49,608 nucleotides of DNA from Intoshia linei (Eukaryota; Animalia; Orthonectida): positions 1 to 49,608 of the forward strand of contig LWCA01000132.1 in assembly GCA_001642005.1 (NCBI GenBank). Reading direction: 5' to 3'. Both the position numbers and the translations under genes were made by a program. The notes beneath the pieces were generated by a model that was not told where the DNA came from, ran no database searches, and saw nothing but the letters and a program-made list of their open reading frames with translations. This document shows, piece by piece, positions 12,265 to 29,700 of this stretch (position 1 is its first letter; every line of letters begins with the position of its first letter).

Positions 12265-14475
12265 TTAATATATACAACCTATTGAAAATTGTACACCCCT
12301 TTTTATTCTAAATTGAATTGTAGATACTATTATAAAGTCATACGAGGTTGAACTGCCTTTTTTAGGAATGATGTAATTTAATTCTACTCTAATCGTTGGC
12401 GAAAATTTCACTAATAATCCAGCTCCATATGACACTTTACCTATTAAAAACAAACCATTATAAATTATGTACTATATATACAATTGGGTTGATCATTTTT
12501 TATGTCCATAACATCACCCAAGTTGACAAACATTTGTAATCGTAATTTGTCTGTTATGCTGCTCATATATCGAGAAAGGAAGGGTATTTTGCTATATACA
12601 TGAGTATTTAGATTATAATAGAAATTTCCTGTGTCTACAAAAATATTAATTGTTACATAATTGTATACATAACAGTGGATTTAATCCACGAACGACGAGG
12701 GGGTTATTAAAATTAAATTTATCTGCAAAATACACATCTGTCAAATCAAAATTTCTTGTAAAAAGGAGACCGGTTCCTCCATAAGTCTCAACATTCTAAT
12801 TTAAAATATCAATATATATTTTATAAGTTACTAGATATTTCCCAATATTTCTTAAAAATTGAAACCCTCCATCTATTTTAAATTCATAATGATTTGTAAA
12901 TAGTGACCGAGACAGTTCCTAAATTTTTATAAAAATTATGTATTCTCTAAACACATTATTCCATCGTAAAGAAAATGTATTTCCGAAACTTTCATTGTTT
13001 AAAATAATGTTAAATATGGTATCATTCTTTAGAAGAATTTTGCAATTATGTTTTGTATCAGTTTCTTTTTCGTATTCGCGTATAATAGTATCAAGTGTAG
13101 AAGAATGTAAACATCGAACAAATGTATTCTAAACAAATAAATATCGAATGTACTTAATGAAACCTGGAAGGATATTCCAAACCTTTTAACCTTTTCAATT
13201 ATTTTGTCATGGTAATGATTTTTTTGGTTTGTAGCATGCATAGATATCCTAATCACAAGTAAATTAAATAAAATAAAATATTTACCTTTTATTAGCTTCA
13301 AAATTCATTGGAATAGTGTAAAATAATGATGATCCCATTGATTTGTCAGTACTTTTTTCCATTTTTATGGATATAGATTCACCGTTTCCAAACAAATTAG
13401 AATAACCCAGAATAACAGACTAAATTTATAACATGTATAAATAGATAGATACCGCCGTAGAAGCACCTGATTGCGCAACTGATGTCTTTCCTTCAGCTTT
13501 TAATGAACCAGTTTCTTTTGCGTAAAGATCTATCCCATATTTTCCATCTAATATTGAGATGTAATTTTGCTAAATCGAACTGTCTGATAAAAATTGACAT
13601 CCTGAGTCAGTCATTAATCGGGTTTTCAAATAATCTAATATCATTCTCTATCCCTGACTGATCAGTTTCAAGTAAAAAAGAACAAATAAAGACAATTTTC
13701 CCAATTCCTAAAAAACAATTAATTTGATGACCAGTCAATGATAGACAAATTTTTACATCGATGCGAAAGTACAATAACCGTTTTGCTGATTTCATCTCAC
13801 TAATTTAATTATTAAAAAATGTAATGTTTGTAGTTGCCATTTTTTAAAAGGTACTTGAATGTATAAAACATGAAAGTAGAAAAAATTGGGGTCTATGTAA
13901 AAAAACTTTTTTATACCCTATATATGCTTATTCCAGTGCTCCTCAAACTGGACCCACCAAACATCTGATTAAAAATAGACTTTAATGTTTTAGATTAAAG
14001 TAGTAAAATAGGTCTAACGATATATCTTTATATAAATGACTCAATTTCTGCAATGTGAAATATTGTTCTAAAAAGTATATGGAATTGTTAACACTGTTGT
14101 ATTACCGAGTACTATTTTGGAAGGGTTCGCAAAAACCGACTTCATATAATGGTATGTGGATTAGAAAGTAATGACGACTGACATTATAACTTATAAATAA
14201 CCTCTATAATCTAACACTGTCTTAATATTGTCAAAAATACCAGCACATTTAAAATTGTTTTGTATATAAGACGAGCAAGCAGAAATCTAATATATATCAT
14301 TAAAATATGGTTACTTCAAAATTACATCAGCTATGCATTGGCAATTTTTAAATTTATTTTTGATGTAAGACAATGTAGCTTGACTGCATTTTTTTGTATC
14401 GTGGATATTTACACTATCAACTCTAAACTAAATATTGGTCATGAAAATAGCAATATAATTTACATTAGAATCCAT
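12265..14475 (-). CDS. SAMM50: Sam50/Omp85 mitochondrial outer-membrane beta-barrel assembly protein, ~12 exons
   Basis: POTRA-like N-terminus (FRVDSVNIHD...AGIFDNIKTVLDY), NLFGNGESI, loop-6 VRGL, and C-terminal SYGAGLLVKF..IRVELNY...GVQFSIG. The frame is kept across GT-AG introns, including a 654-nt intron (14201-13548). Confidence 0.88.
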
Positions 14476-14939
14476 TCACTTTAATTAATGTTTTTAATAT
14501 GATTGTATCTTTATTACCCAATGGTCATTTTTAAGTTTTAAAAGTGCATGTAGCTTTCAATTCATTGATTGGAAGTTAAATTATATAATGACCGGCTTTA
14601 AATTGTTAAATTTTCAGACATTGTAAAAATAAAAAACTAGCATGATATTGCTCTACTGATAAATTCTATAAACCAAATTAATTCATGTATATTTAACACA
14701 GTGGTTCCCGATTAAAATAGTATAGGTATCTGTGGAACGAGCTGTGTTAGACCTAGGAATTGTTTTCAGCTCAAAGAAGACGAAGCTTAATTTCAATATA
14801 ATTGAAGATATACTATTCTTAAAAATTAATAGACGTTTCAATAAATGATTTACTACTTTACTTACTTTTTTGTCTACTGTTGTAAACTGTTTCATCAACC
14901 GGGAAAACCACCGCACAATTCTCCCGGTTTTCACCTCTG

Positions 14940-15230
14940 GTTAAAACTAACAGTTTTAACTAATTTATAATAATGTTAATTGATAAAATAAAATAAGAAA
15001 CAATAATAATGAATTAAATGTACATTGTACAAATAATGTAAAAATGGTAATCATGAAAAATATGACAATAACTGTAAAAAGAGAAATATGCGTTAATAAT
15101 TTTTATACAAATAAAAATATATATGATTAACGCACATTAAAAATAAATATAACTTAAACTTAAAAATAACGCACATTCCACAATTGGAGGCAACAAATGG
15201 CCCGCGGGCCGCACAATTGACACCCCAGAT
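14940..15230. mobile_element. hAT MITE copy (same family as 27179-29515, opposite orientation)
   Basis: Body matches the reverse complement of ~28480-28625; ends GGCCCGCGGGCCGCACAATTGACACCCCA. Confidence 0.7.
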
Positions 15231-15530
15231 TCTAAACAAAAATATCCCTGGAGGTCGAAATACTGTTGCATTTTGTTGTATAGTGTAATAAATATTATTT
15301 TTGTGTTCATCATAGTATCACTCAAACTTTTCATTATACAAAAATTTTTAATTATTTTCAATAAAATTTTAAAGTCAAATAGCACCAATTATCAAACAGG
15401 TTTCAAATAAAATTGAATTATATTTAATACGGTTTATTTCTACTGTTACCGTTAGAGCGAACGTCATTTTATTGGGAAGTTGCCGTTGGCGTTTACGCTA
15501 CAATTTTATCAATTATTTATAATCTATTCA

Positions 15531-16701
15531 ATGAAAAAGTATTTACAGATAAAGTCCAAAGTTTTATTTATTTTTATAGTAATTGTATGAATTTTTAGTA
15601 TTTATTTGAATTTCGTCGTCGAAGTATATTAAGAAGTGATATAAATGATTTTAATTACATACTTGTTTATGTAAGATCCCTACATAAAATTGATAAAAGT
15701 GTGGATGTAGTAATATTATATCGCGACCCCATGAGTGGAGAAATGTTACCTATAAACAATCCGTTCAATTTTGAATTATGTCTAAAAAATGTGGGAAATG
15801 ACCTACTTCGAATTATTATTCAAAAAAAAGGTAAATTTCCTTTCTTTATAATTATATTTTAGAAAATTATCAAACATCATATATACCAAAGCACAAACCC
15901 AATGTATTGGAACGATTGCTCAATAAACCACCCAGCCACTACCAATTTGTGATGGGAGATCCAACTGATTTTCATATGGTATCTCAAATGATTGATACTG
16001 ATGACGTTCCTGTAAGTTGTCGACGAGTGAGATTAATCAAGCGACCTGATTCAAAACCACTAGGTTTTTGGATTAGAGGTGGTCCAACATTAATACAAAC
16101 AAGCAATGGGCTCATTAAGAGTTCAGGTATCTACATTTCACGAATATCCCAAAATGGACTTGCAAAAAGTACGGGTCTTTTAGCTGAAAGAGACCAAATA
16201 ATTGAAGTTAATGGTATAGATGTTAAGGGGAAAACCATTGATCAGGTCACCCATATGTTAGTTGCTAATGCACATAATTTAATTATGACAGTTCGTCCTG
16301 TAAATCAGCGTAACAATATACGTACAAAAGCTATACAAAACACCTTACCACACAGAAAAGATACTTCACACAACATATCTGATATACAAAGTACTTCTCT
16401 TTCACTGAATGAACTGTCCGTCATTGGTTCTCGTACTATGATTGACCGTGGAACTTCTGTCAAAGTTTATGAAAGCGTACCTGAAATTTTTGAAAATACA
16501 ACTAACAAATTACGGGATTCCAATGATCCTATTTCTGAAGCTCACAATGAAGACAACCCTTCTTCAAGTGACGAAAATGAAGCTTATAGCAGTGATTATC
16601 TAGCGCCTAATGACACCGAAGAGGACGACGACGAAGATTACGTTGAAGATAATATAGAAAATTACATTGATGACAATGGAGATAGGATCTATAGGTTGTA
16701 A
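15531..16701 (+). CDS. PARD6: Par-6 polarity protein (PB1, semi-CRIB, PDZ, acidic tail), 3 exons
   Basis: QIKSKYLFEFRR and MLPINN (PB1), GDPTDFHMVSQMID (semi-CRIB), RRVRL..KPLGFWIRGG..GIYISR..GLAKSTGLLA..EVNGIDVKGKTIDQVTHMLVANAHNLIMTVRPVNQRNN (Par-6 PDZ). Confidence 0.96.
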
Positions 16702-17602
16702 TGTAATGTGAATTTAAATTTAATACTCCTCTTTATTTTAATAAATTAATTGTAGCATATTTTATTAGATATTTTCATGTAAATATTGTATTTATTAGGG
16801 ATATCCTCTTAAAACCAAACTAATCGTCAAATTTTAAATTACTTTCAAAACTTATTTTATTATAAAGATATACTAACTATCACACATAACGTCGATTTGT
16901 CAGAATCTTTTGAAACTTATTTGGAACCTACCTAATTACCCCACATCACATTGTTAAAAGGACATTGGAGTCGCAGTGTGCAGGTGGTGCATAGATCTTT
17001 GACAAATGAGATACGTGAAAGATTTATGGAAATAATGGATAACTTATTCCTACAGGCAGAAATACATGTAGTATAAAATCGCTATCGCGTAAGATTTATT
17101 TTTGTCATTATAAGATTTTAGCTGATTGTGTTAGATATTATACCAACCAGAACTTCTGGTACTTCTCTTGAATTTTTGTTTTAAATTTTTTCTGGATGGT
17201 TCCATTTGTCAGAATGGCGACGTTGTGTCATACATGTATATCGTTCCCAAACTTCTTTTACTGTTAATTCCATATTAACACTGTAAATATAAAAGTTACA
17301 AATTCAAAAGTATAGCATATAACATTTTACAATTTTTATTATTTTGATAATAAAAAATTTCAAGGAATTATTACGTTAAAGTTAACGACTACTAACAAAG
17401 ATTACAAAAGCATTAGCATCACATTACTTTTTTATATTTATTATTAATTTTTTAGTTGATCGGTAAACTTATTATAGGGGCTAGTTGTGGTCCGCGAACT
17501 CACGTTTGGGAACTGATCATTTAAATATTACTGTTGTATAGATTAGTATCGTATTATTCGAGATTCTAAACTACCAGAGACTAGTTATGGTAATATCATT
17601 AA

Positions 17603-17830
17603 TCAGAACCTACCGTACTCCGAGACCTTTGACGAAATTTTTATAAAATTGAAATTTTAAAAATATGTTCTTTAATATCATAAATATGCCAAATTAAAAG
17701 ATTATAATCTCAAATTAAAACCTTTGGAGAGGTGACTAGGGCTACATGACACTACGAATCGTTTGCTAAAAATTTTTGAGGATCCTACTTTTCATTTCGA
17801 GTGGACTCGAGCTTGGTAGGTTCGGCTCTG
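17603..17830. mobile_element. Probable MITE
   Basis: Inverted core GAACCTACC / GGTAGGTTC; right end GGCTCTG. Confidence 0.45.
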
Positions 17831-18038
17831 TAATTTAATACATTGCATTCAGTATTTGTTCGTGTTCTGATTTTAGTATCTTCATTTCTAGGTGAACTCA
17901 TTGAAATTCACTGGTACTTTTTATTATATAAGATTGCCAACGTTTATGATTTCTGTCTATGAATGTGCGCCATAATTTTATATTTAACGTATCCACGTTT
18001 ACCAATACACAACTATAAATTTTAATTTATTAATAATT

Positions 18039-18669
18039 ATGGATAAAAAAAATTTAACATTAGGAAGAAAAAATATTGATACTAGTTCTATACAGGACTT
18101 GTTAGCAAAATATGATATTAAAAACTACGATGATGGTGTCATCCCTGCTGTAGTTGAATTTGCATATAGTAATTATTTCGTCTTTTTATTTTTATTATTT
18201 TTTGGTTATACTTCACGAATTGTCAATGAAGCTGATGAATACGCATCATTTAGAGGAGATAACATGATAAATGAAAACGATTTAAAATTTTCTATAGATA
18301 ATTACGCAGTTCAACATGGAAATTTTAAAGTGAAAGTATTAATTTTAATATAACTAAAATACCTGTTTATTTAGAAAATGTATAATATTGCAGCTCAAAA
18401 AAATTTAATACCATTACCTACAATCCAACCGTTTAAGGGTATTAAAATACCTGATGATAAAAATTCTCTAACTAATCCGACATATACACTTAAATTGAAA
18501 GACGTAATTTTATTTTAGTATGTATTTAGAAATTTATTTTTAGACACACCAATTTACTAAACCAAACTTATTATCAAACTTTCAATTCAAAAGAAGTGAT
18601 GTTGCAAAATGTAACTCTAATGTACCAATTTCAAATGTTAAAACTCTAAATATTAATAGAAACAATTAA
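18039..18669 (+). CDS. TAF9: TFIID subunit TAF9 (histone fold), 4 exons if 18169-18204 is spliced
   Basis: IQDLLAKYDIKNYDDGVIPAVVEFAY/YTSRIVNEADEYA..INENDLKFSI, then IAAQKNLIPLPTIQPFKGIKIPDDKNSLTNPTYTLK, match the TAF9 histone fold and conserved C-terminal region. Confidence 0.92.
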
Positions 18670-19370
18670 ATATTTTATAAAAGTATCGTGATTTAGGATA
18701 AGGATTAAGATAGAAAATTGTACTTCTTCCAATGTAGATCTGAAATTAATGATCAAATTGATTGCTATTAATCCATAAGATTGAAATAAAGCATTATAAT
18801 TATAATTAGTTTAAGCTAAAAATTTTTAAAAATATGACAAAACGGAAAATTTAATTGAATGAGTATCTTAAATTAAGATTCTTAACAAATTAAATAAAAC
18901 GATTTGCTTGAATTCGAAATCTTTCGACAGTAGTATTAATTATACTCATAGAAGAACCAATTGATAATAGAAATTATGTAATTATCATCATTTTGAAAGT
19001 GAAATGTATTGTTCATATTTGACATAATTTTGAAAAACTTAAACCATTTTCTAGATTTAATCTGCATTGCTTCCAAACCAGTTCAAATTTCAATCAAAAA
19101 ATGTTATGAAACCTCTCTTTCTGCAATTTATCAGTTTTCGTATAAAAAAAATTTAATTTTAAATTGCGACAAATCTAGAATCATTCCGTGACCCACCTGT
19201 TGGAAGCACTGGGTTAACGTTTACAATTTATTAGAATATATATGTTATTGTTATTATATCTGTAAATAGAGACAATACTCTTGGTATAAAAACATTTATT
19301 AAAAATGCTAAACACATTCAATGTACAAATGTAACGTAATCTACTAAATATGGTTGAATTGTATAAGGCA

Positions 19371-24162
<4,792 letters not shown>

Positions 24163-25017
24163 ATTGAATTTTGGCAAGAACGATCAAAATAAATTCGATT
24201 CAAATTTTCATACCTAAAAAGTATTATTAAAATCAAAATGATAATAACCGCAAAATCGATGTAATTAATTAAATGCAAATGTCTCAAAATCAAGTATTTA
24301 ATCCTTAAAAATTAATCTTCTCAAACAAAATCTCAATAAACAAATAACATAGTAATAGATGAATACCATAGTGTTTAATAAAATTGAATTAAGAGATTAA
24401 ATTGATTTAAAATTAGCATATTTATTAACTTTTTATATTTTATCAATATAAATTTGAATTGACAAGCGAATCAATTATATTTTGCAGACATGTTAAAAAA
24501 TGTAGACAATTGATGATAATGTTAAATTAAAAATATTTATATGAAATGGTCAGTTATAAATATAATGTGATTTTCAACTCTATATCAGAGTTCTCAACAT
24601 TCTTCTAAAAGAGTTACATTTCAAATTATTCATGATTTTAGGGCTAATTATTTTTAAATAATCATTAATTTATTTCAAAATCTACGGATATGATATTATT
24701 ATTTAAATAATGTTTTCGCTTAGGTCTAAAAGATCGACTAAAGACCAGAATATAGGATCCATCATTTGTGTTTATTTCGCTGTTCTACTGTTATTAATTT
24801 TTTCTCTGTATTTAGTCATTTTGAATTTTAAATGTTGACATGTATACTGAAATGGAAGTACCGCTAAGACCTAACGGATTCACTTAATTAAGGGAACAAT
24901 TTATATACTGAATTTTTGAGATTCCATTTATAACTCATACCAACACAAACGACAACTGATGTATCATATAAATTTTGAAAATTCTAATTGGTACATAATA
25001 ATATTTACAATGTATAA

Positions 25018-25312
25018 CAGGGTTTGTCCAAACACACGGCGAGGGGAGACCAAAAAATAAATTTTACAAATTTCGCAGGCCCAACATTAACAAATATAAT
25101 TAGTATTTTATACAGTATATTTTATCATAATACAAAAGGTCCAATAAATAAGATGAGAATAATTAGAACAGAAAGACAGAATTATTTCTAAAAAATTTAA
25201 ATTAATGCTAGGTAATGTGGTAATTATGATATTTCTGTGAATCAATGCTTTTCAAAATATATTATTACATAATTTCGCATGGGGTAGGCGGGACATGCTT
25301 TGGACCCCCCTG
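25018..25312. mobile_element. hAT MITE
   Basis: CAGGG..GTCCAAA / TTTGGACCCCCCTG ends; TSD ATGTATAA/GTGTATAA (7/8). Confidence 0.8.
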
Positions 25313-25687
25313 GTGTATAATAATAATTTTAACTTTTCGCGACCTCCAGTTGAAAAACCATGTTCCGTCATTAGTATACGACAATTATTTATACATATAA
25401 TAAGACAAACAGATTCTGAAGATAGAAATGGCTGAGAGGTAGAGAAGGGTTATAATAGAGGGGAGAGAGCTTAATAGCGTCTTAAATTTTTGAAAAAAAA
25501 AAAAAAATTACTACCATGCGTCGTTATCTTCATGCGACACGACAATTATTAATATTTATTATAAATATACGTAAGTACAGTAAGTCTTTAACGTAATGCA
25601 AACACGTACACGAGCTTCGGGTCGTGATGCAGAATTCTACACCTTTTTTAATTTGAATCGGAAAAGTTATTTGAAAATATATATAAT

Positions 25688-25880
25688 TCTTTAATTATAT
25701 AAGATTGAATGTCTGCGTGTGTGTTATCGTTTATTTAAAAAAATGTTTTTATGACAATTTTGTAGGTTGTAAGTATAATTTTATTGTTTTAAAGATTATA
25801 CTCATTGTTTAATAAATTAAAAAGTCGGCACTCGCTAGAGCTAGCTGCTGTTTGTACGAAGTACATACCAGTCAATCTAG
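25688..25880 (+). mobile_element. Short non-autonomous Helitron-like element
   Basis: 5' TC..TATATAAGATTGAATGTCTGCGTGTGTGTT; 3' GTACGAAGTAC palindrome then CTAG|T. A related 3' end lies on the minus strand at 441-481 and a related 5' end at ~3292. Confidence 0.55.
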
Positions 25881-26722
25881 TGTATATATGAAAAGCTAAA
25901 TTGAATTTATCAGTCTGCAAAAATAAATATTACCTATATGATTTTTAAATGGCAAATTATGAATAATCGAAATTAAATAAATATTTGCTTGTGTCTGTAA
26001 AGGTTAGTTTACGTTGAATTATGAACTGAATGAAGTGTACACAAGTGAATACATGAATAATACTTATTTTTTATTCCGGTTAATATTATGTAACTTGGAA
26101 TTTTAATTTTCGAGTACATTATTATATCAGATAAGACGAATATCATACATGATCGGATAAATAAATCAAAAAACGTAAAACCACCTTTTAAATATATAAA
26201 TGTGTATATTTTAAAATATCACTAAATTTATTTTTATTATGAGATGTTATTACGTTATAAACTAAAATTATTATAAAATGCATTTATAATTACATGTTAT
26301 AGGTACATTTACTGTACTTAGTATTTATATCTTAGTATGGTATTTAACACTTAAGCATGTATACTATTCATTATTAAGCATTAATTAATAAAAATATATA
26401 ATAATACAAACTGTATAATTGAATGTCATATCATGACTTTATGTTTTATATATACCATTCATATAACGGTATGTGACATTTTCTGTCTATTTTCGTAAAG
26501 TCGTATAAACGGTGCAACTACAGATTAGTAGCCATAATATAAATATAGAATATATATTGTAATTTATACAATATAAATAATAATTTAACTTTGAAATGAC
26601 TAATCATTAGCATTTACGTAATAATTTAGATAAAATTATTTTAAATTCAAATTTTAAAACAACCTTTTTTTAGTTTTTTCAACATATTTCAATCAAATTG
26701 TAAATATAAATGTAAGTTTATT

Positions 26723-29700
26723 ATGACTATTTTAAAAAAATTAAAAATTATTGAATTTAGCATAAAACATTTTTCCAAAACATCCAAAATAAACAACAAT
26801 GTAAATATTTTTGATTCAACATGTAAAAAGCATCAAAGAAAAATAGCAGATGGTATGTTTGAACCTAAGCAATACGATTATATTCGAAAAATGACTGGAG
26901 AGATGTTATCAGAACGCATATGTGATATAAACAGGTATTCAAATTTTTCAATTGAACTAAACGTAATTGCAATTTGCAATGTTAGAAATTTATAACTTGC
27001 CATCTAAATTTAAATAATTATTTATGTTCATGTACTTTGAAGGTTTCATTAATAATTTGAGAACAATATTATTTATCTACATAAATTTACCAAAATATGG
27101 CGTTTGGATGAACATATCATTCAATCACATATATAACACTTATTCTATATCGGTTGAAATAGACTGAAATTTATATACCAGGGGTGATCATTATGCAGCC
27201 CGCGTTATGATTAGGTCAAGTTTTTTTGGGACCTATAAATCTGAATTTTTGTACCTAATAGAAAAATATTTTAACTTTTTGGATTAAAAAATTTTTTATT
27301 CAAAGAGCAACAATTGAAAATAATTATATTAACTATCCTATTTATGACAAATTAATTAAAATTCACTGAAAATTATAATATTAATTAGTTTAATTTGTTG
27401 CTAAATTATAATGACAAACTATATATTTTTTAATAATATCGGTTTTAAAATTTCTATCTTTTGCAATCAGTTTTTTAAGCATATAAAAGCTGTTTATAAA
27501 AGTTGATTGACAATTTTCCAATAGTTCATATATATACGGATAAATATTATCATTCTTCAATTCACAAATAACTATAATGTCATTGTTTTCCATGTGTTTC
27601 ATAATGTATCATTTGATATTTGTACATGGATCTTCTTCAAAATGGATATTTTTCATAGCTTTCCAGGCTTTAATTATAGAAAAAGAGGAATGTTCACATT
27701 TTTTTATTAATTCATGTATTATTTTGTAGTCTGATATAATTTTTAATTCTGATGGTAATGTTTCTTTGGATATTGTACATTTAGCTTGTCTAACTATGAG
27801 ACCGTCACCTTCGAATTTGTTAACTATACGTTTTACAGTTGGTAAATGTTTTTCATAATAATTTGAAGCAGCTAACCAAGTTCCTCATCGTGTAGCAACT
27901 GGCATAGGAGGGTATCCAATTTCTGAGAATAGCGAACCTAATAGCTATCCACATAATACATTTTTGTATGATTAACAGTATTATCACAGATAATGCAATG
28001 TAAATTACTGTCAACGTTTTTGAACTCATCAGGTATTTACGTTTAATATTTAAAATTTTTATAGAATTGGATTTAGCAATTTTAGCCACTAAAATTAACT
28101 TATTACAATAAAATGATTTCTAAAATTACTTAAAATTGATTATATCAATATATTTTCAATGTTAACTGATTTGAAATGGGATAAACTATGAGTGATAAAT
28201 TTAATATAATTAATGAACGTTACCTATAATTAATTTGAATTGAATGTAACTAACTTTTTGTACTTTATTTTTAAAATTCTGACTTTTTGGACATAACGAT
28301 AAAAATTTCAACTTTTTGGACCTTTAGGACTTTTATGACATTATAAAATATTAATTATATTTTTAATTGGGATAATATTAATTATTATTAATCATTATCA
28401 TGATACTCGTAAGAATTTTCTAATTAATCTGTGAAATTTTGACTTTTTGGACTGATACTTGCCTTAGTTATGATATAAATTTTTATTTTTATAACAATTT
28501 TTTACATATATTTCTTGTTTTACAATTTTAACATTAGTTGTACACTTATTCCATTACTATTATTTCTTATTTCATTTTATGAATTAAAATTATTATAAAT
28601 TAATTAAAACTGTTGATTTTAACATAATTTTTTGAGTAAAATTTTTTTTGTNAATATTTGTAATATTCAACTTTTTGTACTTTATTTTTAAAATTCTGAC
28701 TTTTTGGACATAACGATAAAAATTTTAACTTTTTGGACCTTTAGGACTTTTATGACATTATAAAATATTAATTATATTTTTAATTGGCATAATATTAATA
28801 TCATGATACTCGTAAGTATTTTCTAATTGATCTGTGAAATTTTGACTTTTTGGACTTATACTTGCCCTAGTAATAACTTATTATTATTACTAATTACTAG
28901 GGCCACCGTTTTTGACTATTTTATAGCACATTCTTGGGCAGATTTTGCAGATTGATAATACATTTCGCTGTAACAACGAAATTTAAAAATTATTGTTTTT
29001 CTGATAAATTTTCATTGAAATTTATTTTTTAATTTATTTAAATTGTACTTTTAACTAACAAAAATTAAATTAAATTTTAGTAAATAATAATAAATAAAAT
29101 ATAAGCTGAAATTAGTGTAAAATAATTTTAATATTTTGTTGTTACAGCNTTAATTATATTTTTAATTGGGATAATATTAATTATTATTAATCATTATCAT
29201 GATACTCGTAAGAATTTTCTAATTAATCTGTGAAATTTTGACTTTTTGGACTGATACTTGCCTTAGTTATGATATAAATTTTTATTTTTATAACAATTTT
29301 TTACATATATTTCTTGTTTTACAATTTTAACATTAGTTGTACACTTATTCCATTACTATTATTTCTTATTTCATTTTATGAATTAAAATTATTATAAATT
29401 AATTAAAACTGTTGATTTTAACATAATTTTTTGAGTAAAATTTTTTTTGTGCGGCCCGCGTAATAATTTTTTGTTTACATTTGGCCTGCCAAGCAAATTG
29501 AGTCTGACACCCCTAGTATTTACAAATTAATAAAATCAGTTCATAAATTCACATATCATAATAATTAAAATTTATTAACAACATTGTAAATTCAGAATTT
29601 ACCATCTTGCAGGTTCTACAAACACGCCATTAATTATTTTTAATTTTCAAATGATCAATAAAATTATGTACATAAATGTATGAAATGCCCTATGGTCGCA

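Noticed and set aside
13548-13892. In-frame chain of small exons (incl. ORF 13607-13795) as the SAMM50 N-terminus, or an intronic C/D snoRNA
   Set aside because: Exons at 14202-14475 give a much better POTRA match and splice in frame. The chain is plausibly chance in AT-rich DNA, and the C/D boxes are imperfect and too close together.
24163-24250. AG acceptor just upstream of the kinase ATG (also at 42413 for the HMG gene) as a trans-splice site
   Set aside because: A GT donor lies 35 nt upstream, so an ordinary 5' UTR micro-intron explains it. There is no SL evidence in the sequence.
27880-27900. TGA at a conserved Trp (TR*GTW), suggesting a reassigned genetic code
   Set aside because: It lies in a decayed transposase with other lesions. 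Host genes use TGG at conserved Trp positions, and TGA appears to end the NCDN-like gene.
28250-29450. Tandem duplication or repeat array (ACTTTTTGGAC units)
   Set aside because: The units are hAT subterminal repeats, and the larger duplications abut single-N joins, so this is probably a scaffolding artefact. It is not CRISPR-like.
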